From Oopsacas minuta (Eukaryota > Animalia > Porifera): a DNA stretch of 64,000 bases. The translations under genes were made by a program, and so were the position numbers. The stretch is taken from the NCBI GenBank assembly GCA_024704765.1, contig JAKMXF010000354.1, forward strand, positions 171,690 to 235,689. The letters are read 5' to 3'. Shown in pieces: positions 1 to 9,490 of the stretch. Each line of letters opens with the position of its first letter. Positions within the stretch are counted from its first letter, which is position 1. The notes beneath the pieces are model-generated. The model made no database searches. It worked only from the letters and a program-made list of their open reading frames with translations, and was not told the DNA's origin.

Positions 1-319
1 GGAGTATTCGCTATATCGAACAAATTATTCAATTCCCCTGAGGAGGGTTTGAGTTCCCGAATATAAACTGTATTTATCTGAGTTAATAAAAGAGTCATAA
101 GAACGAGAGTGAACTAGTATACAGGCTAGTATACAGGTACTTTTTCTTTACCATATAACAGAATAATTGTTTACTATTTGTACCATGTGTGTGTATTAGT
201 GACGAATTGTTATTATTGACACAAATCAGTACACGAATAATTGAGATATGTTTTCTCAATTCCAATATGGCTGCCAAAGTGACATATGTTAACCATATGT
301 TGTGACTTGTGACGTATAA

Positions 320-2023
320 ATGTGTGTCCCGTTTACATACAATATTATCTTACGTATATTTCGAATGACAACAAAGATATTTCCATCTCGTCACTCTCCC
401 TTACCTCTTCTCAGTCCAACATGTACCTTATCTTGGATGAGTCCCTCTATCTTATATTCCTGCTTAATAACAGGACAAGAGAATGGATGTATAGGTATTA
501 CTTGGTACCCTTCAAACAAATTCCCCTCCTCCCCCAGTCACTTCTCCAGTCTAACTCTCTCTTACAGCTGTTTAACTCGTATCACACATATTCGTTGCTG
601 CTCTCCTAACTCATATGCTGCTGTAGCAGACGCTAACGGTACTCTGATGTTACTTTCTGTCAGACAACCACACTCAGGGGTAACACGAATGCTCACATCT
701 ATGACTAACACACCCCAGACTATTGTAGGGGTAGACTGGTCTCATAGGGGTAGTAGTCTTGCTTGTTTAAGAGCTAACGCTAAGAGAAGTACACAGCTAG
801 TTCTTATCATCTACTCTAATCTATCTCATACTCAAATAGGACATACCGAAGTAACATTCCCTAGAAATGTAGTAAGAGAGTCTATGATAGCTTCTGAGCA
901 ATTAATAGCTAGTCAACGTATCGCCTGGAGTCAAGACGATTCTGCTATATTTCTAACAACTCCTGACCACTCTGTCTTAAAGCTGTCAAGTCAGACATGG
1001 CAGATAACAGCTAGACTACATCTCAGCTACTGTACTCAATTACAGATGATATCCTCCACACAGCTGTTAGCTGCCTCCTCAGAAGGAAAACTGTCACTCT
1101 ACAACTTTAGCTCAAACAGTTTCAAACAGCTGACAAGACATGTGGACAACTGGGTATGGTCAGTATACCATGAAAAGCTGCTAGCTGTCACACGACAGGG
1201 CAACAGCTGTCATCTATCAGTCATAAGTCCAGTTGGAATTGAACAGTCACGTTACAATTTGCCTACTTCTGGTTATGTGACGTCAGTATCTCTAAGTCCT
1301 GACTCTACAATTCTATCCTATACTACCGGCAGTTACATGTGTTCTCTCTTACTCTACACTTCTGTACCTACTCTATCTGACCTGTGCATGCGTACTATAG
1401 GAGATACTCGTGTATGTGCTAGCTCTCTTCCTCAGAGACTACAGGAACAAGTCAGCATGCATCACAATGTCCTATTCTATCCCTGGTGTCTGTCTGACGC
1501 TGTAGAGCTTAGTGTATTGAGTATGGAGAAGAGATCTGGTATAGGGCAAAGCTCTAGACTGCTATTAGTTAAGAAAGATCATCTCGGGCAAGAATTAGAT
1601 GTACTACGCTTCTATCATTCTAACAAACTTTGGAAACACAGTGTTAAACTGAAGAAACAATCTGGCTTGGACTCTATGCTACCTAAACTCCTCTCATTGT
1701 GTATCACTCAGCCTCCTAAAAACTGCAAGATTAAATGGAATATCAGTAAGAGTGTATTCACTCTACGCACTGGTGCTAATGAACTACATTTAATATTCGT
1801 TACAGGCGTTGATGAGTTTATTGCTATATTCAGAGGAGGGCAGCATAGAATATCAATGGTTGAGAAAACAGGACTAGTTATCATGAAGCTGATTGATGGA
1901 GATATTGTGACTAAGATCTCTCATGACCAGAATCTATTCAGAATGAAATTATACAAACTGGAACTATTCTCGCAGCTACAAATCCTTATGATTGTTCTGG
2001 CTTTTATTATTCGTAATTTCTAG
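320..2023 (+). CDS. WD40-like beta-propeller + SOCS-box protein with a possible tubby-like C-terminal domain (TULP4-like); intronless; the start may be ATG 365
   Basis: 567-aa ORF. WD-like blades (IVGVDWSHRGSSLA, IAWSQDDSAIF, VTSVSLSPDSTILSY) are followed by a SOCS-box-like segment (VPTLSDLCMRTIG...LPQRLQEQV). The C-terminus is beta-rich and ends in a hydrophobic helix (LQILMIVLAFII), as in tubby-like folds. The TULP4 assignment rests on domain order only. Confidence 0.55.
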   Translation: MCVPFTYNIILRIFRMTTKIFPSRHSPLPLLSPTCTLSWMSPSILYSCLITGQENGCIGITWYPSNKFPSSPSHFSSLTLSYSCLTRITHIRCCSPNSYAAVADANGTLMLLSVRQPHSGVTRMLTSMTNTPQTIVGVDWSHRGSSLACLRANAKRSTQLVLIIYSNLSHTQIGHTEVTFPRNVVRESMIASEQLIASQRIAWSQDDSAIFLTTPDHSVLKLSSQTWQITARLHLSYCTQLQMISSTQLLAASSEGKLSLYNFSSNSFKQLTRHVDNWVWSVYHEKLLAVTRQGNSCHLSVISPVGIEQSRYNLPTSGYVTSVSLSPDSTILSYTTGSYMCSLLLYTSVPTLSDLCMRTIGDTRVCASSLPQRLQEQVSMHHNVLFYPWCLSDAVELSVLSMEKRSGIGQSSRLLLVKKDHLGQELDVLRFYHSNKLWKHSVKLKKQSGLDSMLPKLLSLCITQPPKNCKIKWNISKSVFTLRTGANELHLIFVTGVDEFIAIFRGGQHRISMVEKTGLVIMKLIDGDIVTKISHDQNLFRMKLYKLELFSQLQILMIVLAFIIRNF

Positions 2024-2319
2024 TTTGATAACTGAGTTTTATTACTTTTATTTCTTTATACTGTTCTTGATTTTATAATTGAATGGAATTAAATCGTTTT
2101 GAAATCATTAACCCACTCAAGTAAAGCTTTTACCAGCGTATCTTATCCATCCAAATATATTGTAGAACTCGGATAAACGTATTCCTTCTTCCAAATAATA
2201 AATTTAGTCCCGATATATACCTAATGCAATCCCTATTCGGATAAGATTCATAAGAAGTGTACTAATTTTGTTTCCCAAAGAGGTCGTCTTATCTACTGTA
2301 TTTTATGACTGTTTTGTAG

Positions 2320-3604
2320 GCGGTATTATGGAAATTCACATACGTCTTAGTGCCCCGAAAGAACACAACTCTCCTGTACGATTGGGACCTATGGGGTCCT
2401 CTCATACTATGTATGCTGCTTGCTACCATGCTAGCTGGACCAGAACATCTAGGGCGTGGAGATGCGTCAGGACCCAGCTTCGTACACGTATTCGTGCTAG
2501 TATGGAGCGGAGCTGCTTCTGTGACTCTGAATACAATTCTTCTGGGGGGAAGTTTATCATTCTTTCAATGTCTCTGTGCACTTGGATACTGTTTATTACC
2601 ACTCAATATAGGTAAGTAGTTTGATTACAGGTCAAAACGTCTACAAACCAAATGGCACCTCATGTTTTGGTAAATCTCTTTGTTCAACGGAGACAACACT
2701 TTCTTGGGTGTTATTTAATAAGTATATTTCATCAATTCATTTCCAAAACAGAATTACATTGATAATAATGGCCACATTTGATTTGTAACTGTTTCCACCT
2801 GTGCCCAGCATTTGTGTACAATAAATCTTCTTCGATTACGCGAAATATATCAAACTGCTATTGAGAGAACTTCTTATTAATACAATACGGCTATAACTAC
2901 CTAGCACCTACTATAGTCGTTTCTTGAATCACCTTTAAGAACCATTGATGTTTTAAGAATCTACTTATCCTGTTGATTAACCGAATACTAACGGGAAAAT
3001 GTATGATTTTATGATGTCAAAAGGTGTTAAATCTCGTTTTTTGATGCGGAATTGGTTAAAACGAAGTGATAAAATTTTAGTATTCCTTTTCATTACAAAC
3101 GTAAAACTTCAGCCGTAATCGGTTAATATAATAGTAATCAACACTCTTATAATTACTGCAATTATTTCAAAAAATTTCTAAGTAATTTGAAACAGGAATT
3201 GCACTCTATTTAATGTAAAGATTTTATAATTACTGAAGCTATCTAATAGCCTACATTGTCAGTTGGTACCGATAATAGTCCTGTTGGGAGCATACTTAGA
3301 GTATATTGTAAGTTATTTGTCTTGAATCTAATCTCTTCCTCCTCATTCGATAATTATTTTCTTTATTTATATTAATTTAGCTGTCATCATATGCCGTATC
3401 TTATCCATTGTCGGAACCTCTAACCTACTATTTATAGTACAGACGCTCTCTGTAGCAGCTGCCTTGGTTTGGGCAGTACTAGCTTCAATCGGATTCGTAG
3501 CTACAACACAACCTCGTGACAAGAAACTCCTCGTTATATACCCAATCTTCCTGTTTTACTTTGCTATGAGTATTCTCACTTTGGCTACCATCAACTCCAA
3601 CTAG
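2320..3604 (+). CDS. YIPF6: Yip1-domain Golgi membrane protein YIPF6; two exons found (2320-2611, 3381-3604), 5' exon not located
   Basis: Exon A reads AVLWKFTYVLVPRKNTTLLYDWDLWGPLILC...LSFFQCLCALGYCLLPL, with acceptor tgtag at 2319 and donor g|gtaagt at 2611. Exon B follows atttag (3380) in matching phase 1 and reads AVIICRIL...QPRDKKLLVIYPIFLFYFAMS, ending TAG 3602-3604. DWDLWGPL is the Yip1 hallmark. Confidence 0.9.
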
Positions 3605-4493
3605 AATATTATCTTATTATAATGAAACTATTATATTAATGCATCACCAATTGAATAGGTAAGTGTTGTATAGTTGATTTGTCATTGCTACAATAATAAT
3701 TCAATAATAATATCGTTCAGTTTTAAGATTCTTTAAACGAAGAAGTCTTTCTGTAGTTTTTCCTTCATTTAATCTATCCATTAATTGGTTAAATTAGTTT
3801 ATTATTGTAATTTTATTACAGACATATCGATGAATGAGAGGATAAGATCTTGTAGATTTACTGTATTAAGATCTATTGAAAGAGAAGTCCAAAAATCTGG
3901 GATTCTTATGAGTTCCTATAATCATACCCAGAAACTAATAGAACACGAATGAAAATTTACCAGTAACAACTATTCAAAAAGTCATAACATTAATTATCGG
4001 TAACTCGAATAATGTTTAACCGAATACTGCCTGGAAAATGTATGATTTTATCATCAGTAAGATATATATTTATTGAACTCTGATTGTCATATGCATCAAA
4101 TTTTAATAGAGACTTCCTTTCGTATACATAAGTTTGAACTCTATCGCATACGTGTGATATTTCTATCTACATTCTACATCATTATTGCAGTAATCAGGTG
4201 ATACGCATGATCATCTCTTGATGGTATCACCTCATAATGCCACATAGAGATGTGTTGAAGCAACTTTATACAGTGTTAGAATTGGATAACTATTAATTAT
4301 TGTAGTGGGTTCAGTCAGTCCTGTCATACTTAGAAATCTTGGGGCGCCGTAAGTTGTGAAATTCTCGAAGGATGAATTGATTCGGGGCTCCTTTTGTCAT
4401 ATTGTTCGCAATAATGTCATGGATTTGTTTATATAATTGGTTAATTAGAGCTATTACGTCATAAAATAATATAGTACGAGATATGTGAGAAGT

Positions 4494-5117
4494 ATGGCTA
4501 GTAACGAGCCTCAACCAGTTGCTAATAAGGAAGGGGGAGGAGTTATTAAGTGCAGGAAGTGTCGCAGAGAGCTGTTTCTTGCTTCAGACATAATACCACA
4601 CTCAGAGGGGATAGGACAGGAGGCTTTCAGTTGGTACAAACGTTCTCAAGACACTTTCAAAACTAACGTCACTCCACCTCCGGAATATATTTCTGTACAA
4701 ATATCTGAGGAATCAAACAGTGAAGTACAAACTAAACAATTTATGTTAGAGACTCTGTCTAAAACTCACAAGCTGGAGTTTAATCAGCAGTTAGGAGGCT
4801 ATGAAATCCGTGGACAGGGCCTGGAGGATCCAGGTGATATTCCTAATTCTGACCCTTTATTGGGCAGAAATAGTCCTAAGCTGAATTATATTTCAGCAAG
4901 TCTTAAATCCTCTCAGTGTAAATCCCTATTCATAGAAAAGACCCAGTGGTTAGAGGACATGGTGTTGGGGAGTAATCAGGGTAAACTGACCTGTCCTAAG
5001 TGCAGTGGGAGACTCGGCTCCTACAATTGGGCAGGTATGCAATGTTCTTGTGGAAAATGGATTACTCCAGCCTTTCAGATCCATAAAGCTAGAATTGATC
5101 TAATTGCGTATAATTAG
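4494..5117 (+). CDS. DUSP12/Yvh1-type C-terminal zinc-binding domain protein; no phosphatase domain seen
   Basis: Motifs KCRKCRRELF...H, CKSLFIE..W, GKLTCPKCSGRLGSYNWAGMQCSCGKWITPAFQIHKARID match the DUSP12 zinc-binding domain. First ATG is at 4494 (the ORF track starts at GTG 4485). Confidence 0.85.
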   Translation: MASNEPQPVANKEGGGVIKCRKCRRELFLASDIIPHSEGIGQEAFSWYKRSQDTFKTNVTPPPEYISVQISEESNSEVQTKQFMLETLSKTHKLEFNQQLGGYEIRGQGLEDPGDIPNSDPLLGRNSPKLNYISASLKSSQCKSLFIEKTQWLEDMVLGSNQGKLTCPKCSGRLGSYNWAGMQCSCGKWITPAFQIHKARIDLIAYN

Positions 5118-5551
5118 CTGTTATTTTTTATTCTCAGAAATGGATTGTATAAACCTTTTGACTTATAATGAAGGAACCTTAGCTATTAACAAAGGGAACC
5201 ATAAAATGACATCTTATTCAAACAGATACAAATAATTTACTTTCTGTCTTCTATAATTAGTTTAATCTGAATAGACACTTTCAGTGATTCTTGGAAGTTG
5301 CGTATAAGTGAAATTTATCCTATACAAGATTCAAACTAATTCTCATTAGCTTTCTAAACCCTACCTGCATATATTACAGCTAAGCTCTTTATGTGCCTAT
5401 GCAGCTCTATACTCAGAATATACATATCATTTCCAAGACCTCTCTTACAGATATTTCTACGTTCAGTCCACCAACACTATATAAATCAGTTTCAGGGATA
5501 TACATTATTATACAAATTGAACATTAATTTCAACTATTACAAACCAATCTG

Positions 5552-8279
5552 ATGGATACTACTAATTCTATGGCGGAAGGAGCAACAGCTAGCAGGTTAA
5601 AGAGTATTGCGGTTAATAATTTCGGTGAAGAAGGACCTGGAGATATGACTCCTAGTACGAGAGAAAAAGCGCAAAGAGAACTGAATGAAACTGAAGAGGG
5701 AACAATCATAGCAATAGCTGAATTAAAACAATTGATTGCTAATGATCCCAAAATTTCTGAGATCATAGATAGGACTGATGATAGTTTTTATCTGAAGTAT
5801 TTGAGAGCAAGGAAGTTTGATGTAGAAAGATCTTTTAGACTAGCACAGAACCATGCTCTCTATCCGGAGAGGATAGGACAGCCTCACATCTACTATAGAT
5901 CTCTCACACCAGGACAGGTACTGGCACTGGAGGAAGGAGTGATAGGAGTATTAGCAAAGAGGGACAATCTTGGAAGAAAGGTGAGTTTGTCCATTGAAAC
6001 ATACATAAATTTGAATCCTGACGTACTACTATTATTTACATCTACGACTACACTCTTTGATATTTAATTTCATTTGTAGATTCTAGTTTTATTTCCTGGC
6101 AAGTGGAACACAGAGACAATGCCTCTGGCAGAGATGCACTCACTTTGTTTCTTGCTTCTGAATATAATGATTGAGAGTGAAGAGACACAAGTCAATGGAT
6201 TTATGGTCCTTTGTGATGCAACAGGATTGTTTTATAGACAACTACTATCTGTAATTACTAACAGAGATCTTGTTTCACATATTGTGCATTTAATTCAGGT
6301 AGATTAGTTTACTCGATTTTTATTCACAGCTGTCAGATTTACATATTTATATTATATCGTATTTAGGAAACATTTCCTGGTAGATTTAAAGAAGCAATCA
6401 TAATTAAACATCCGTGGTATGTGAGTTTGATAAAAACTATGGTCTTTCCTCTCATCAAGAAGAAATTCAGAGATAGGGTTAATTAGAGTTATAATACTTT
6501 ATTTTAGAATACACGAACTCCCCCTTTGTTGGCTTAATTTCATATTTATTACGGTACAGATCTAACCATAGCCGATCTATCAAATTCACTTCATTACAAT
6601 CCTTAATTCATGCTATGCTTAATTCAAATTTCAATTGTTTACGACAATTGAAATTTGAATTAAGAAATTGGACGGATCTTTGGCTAGTTGTCCAAAGATC
6701 CGTCCAGCAGCTTTGAAGACAGATTGACATTTTTTCAAAAGATTAGTATTTGCACTCTGTGGATTATATTATAGATATAGTCTACAGATCAAATTGTGGT
6801 ACTTGGTAACGAGCACTTTAGCTTCTATTGGAATAAATTACATCGCTATTCAAGAGTCTAAAAGTAATTAATTTTATTAGATTCCTTATATATAGCTGAG
6901 CTATAGTAATAGTACAGTTTTTTTGCAATACAAAACCTCATACCCTCATTCGAAAAGGTGACTTTCATTAATCCGACAAAATGACCTTTCTCGAAGATAG
7001 AAAAGCTAATACACAAAAAATGTACTATAGTATAGCTGAGCTATATCTAAGTTATTTGTTATTTTATTTCTTCTTCATTTCAATGGACTCTGATTTATCG
7101 ACCATTTTTCCTGGAACTAATTTATTTCTCTTAGAAAATATAAGTTTACTCAAACAGGGCCAAACTGCCCTCAACCAAACTGATTCAATAGCTATGACAT
7201 TTATTATAATTACCTGTATTTACATGATAACTCAAGTGGCCAGAAAGCCGAAATTGATTATCCATTTTCTTTAATTTGTGCGATGCACCAACATTTAGTA
7301 TCAAGAAATAATTCCAACTGTGATTACGTACAGAATATACCTTAGAGGGTAGTGTAAGCTTATTTGGAATAACTTTAAAGCATTGACTACTGCAGTATAT
7401 TGCTTCGCTAACTAATTGATAGATTGCTTGGTAAGCCATCCTACGATTATTTTGTCGATTATAACATCAGCTTAATTCAGCACTATTGTACATAAATTGT
7501 ATTATAACGTATCATATGCTCCTATATTTTAACTATCAAGTTATTCATAAATATAGGGGCTCTTAATTTCTTATTAATAGCAAGATGTACGTATCTAATG
7601 CGAAGTATTTAGTAACATATGTTGCTACCGTTTTATAGCAATATATATTGTAATGTGATTACTATTTAAAATATACATTTATAGACAATCAGTATATCAA
7701 GAGGCCCTCAGGTCTTTCATTCGGATTTTAACGATTCCCCAATTTGTTGAAGAGTTTCGTTGACCGATAATAAACAAATTTAGTTTCTTTTGAGAGTTTA
7801 TACGATCTATAATTAGATAGTTCTTCATATTACATTATCTTAAGATTAATAAAAATCACTTGTACAAATGTTAGGATGTTATTTCAAGAATAAAACTCTA
7901 TCATATATTCATAGTATGTATATACTTAATTTAGATACACATTTTGGGAGGAGGTCATGCTAATATTGCACAGCGTTTAGGACCAGACTGTCTGCCTGAA
8001 GACTTCAATGGTTCTCAACCAAAATACGATCCAGCCTTCTTTACTCAGGCTATCCAAGAAGCAATCAATAATAATTATCCTCCTTTCAAGCCCTGTCCTC
8101 CTGGCCAAGATATTAGCACCCCAGCATCGTTATCTAAACTCCACAAACGTCACTCATCGCTTTTATCATTTCCTACAACTTCTATTGAAACAAAGCTAGA
8201 GAAATCGCTCTCTCTTCAAAACATTGATGATGAGTTCCACGATGCTATTAGTTTCTCTGTATCCACTCCGCTACCATAA
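5552..8279 (+). CDS. CRAL-TRIO (alpha-TTP/clavesin/RLBP1-like) lipid-binding protein; 4 exons: 5552-5980, 6080-6298, 6367-6477, 7935-8279
   Basis: CRAL-N motif DDSFYLKYLRARKFDVERSF, then GVLAKRDNLGRK|ILVLFPGKW, ETQVNGFMVLCDATG, |ETFPGRFKEAIIIKHPWY, KKFRDR|IHILG...CLPEDFNG. All three introns are GT..AG and phase 0. Confidence 0.9.
6618..6706. repeat. Two adjacent perfect inverted repeats (21-bp stem/5-nt loop and 15-bp stem/8-nt loop) in CRAL-TRIO intron 3
   Basis: 6618-6638 cttaattcaaatttcaattgt is the exact reverse complement of 6644-6664. 6669-6683 tggacggatctttgg is the exact reverse complement of 6692-6706. Confidence 0.95.
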
Positions 8280-9490
8280 CACACCTGCGGTATACCCAGT
8301 TGGTATTTTATTGCTTTTTGTTAATATTTTTATGCTTATTGCTTTCCAAATTCTACTCTATAATAACCTTCACTTACTTCTCTATATATATATATATATA
8401 TATATTCATCTTATGAGGACTCCTATTCTTCAGGGACGTTGATAAGCACTCAAGGATATTTTAGCTTACTGATTTGTTAATTCGATTCTGAGTATTATGT
8501 TATACATTTGTCTTTAATATTATCTTTAGACCTTTTAACACACTACGCTTGCTATTCCACTTTATTCAGTGACTCACCCATATTGATGTACAACCAATGA
8601 ATTGTGGTTGTTTTGTACGCACTGGCACTCTGTTCCTCGAAATGTGAAAAGTGAAAACCGTAAAATTTGTAAGATTTGCGTTTAATTAATTAATTAAGGA
8701 AATCCCTTTCATTACTCCTCTAATATGACACGAATACAACTCATTGCGTGTTGAATGGTAATTCTATACAATATGCCTTGAATATTGAAACAATAAACAA
8801 AGATAAAGGATTATCTTTCGTACACAATAATGGTGACCTGCTATGCCGTGATGAAATTGCATTTAGTGGAATTATCATTCCAGGTTGGGGGTATATTGCG
8901 GACATTTGTGATTCGAATTTTGATCATTTATCATTATTTTGACTGGAACAATCAACCTTTTTTCGGCTAATAAAACCTATGCTCTGGCTATGATGACATG
9001 CTATTTATCATATCATCAAATAGATTGTTATTATCAAATTGTAAGAGTTTGTCTGAATATTTACATGTTAATATAGTTCTGACACGTTCTAACATTCAGA
9101 GAAATCTCACTTTTCTGAGGAAAGGTGACAAATGTATTGATCTATCAGATTTAAGTTTTCTTCAATTGTACTGAGTATTGACGCTGATATAAACATATAC
9201 TCGCCTGCTAAGGAGCCTTTCATCATAAATTCTTGGGATAAACTAAATTTGCTTTGATTTCACCGGGCATTAAGAGAAATAATTCTGGAGCTATAGGAAA
9301 TACCTTCGAGCAAGAACAAGATAATATTCTACTGGCTATTTACGTATCGTACACCACCATGTTACATACAACAAGATAACTACAGTACATATCAGTATAT
9401 CCTCGCCCGCATGGCCCGCGTACAACTCTGTGCTACTGGTATTTATTTTGAGTGTGGTAAGTATAATTACTCTCCATTCATTAATAGATA

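Noticed and set aside
322-609. Alternative-frame ORF containing ILDESL, considered as the missing YIPF6 first exon (TLDE motif)
   Set aside because: Only a 4-5-residue resemblance, no TI.RDL block, and it overlaps a long ORF in another frame; likely coincidence.
8650-9330. Short protein-like frames on both strands between the CRAL-TRIO gene and ECHS1 (including ORF 8748-8942)
   Set aside because: Interrupted by stops, with no motif or convincing splice structure; a gene or pseudogene cannot be supported.
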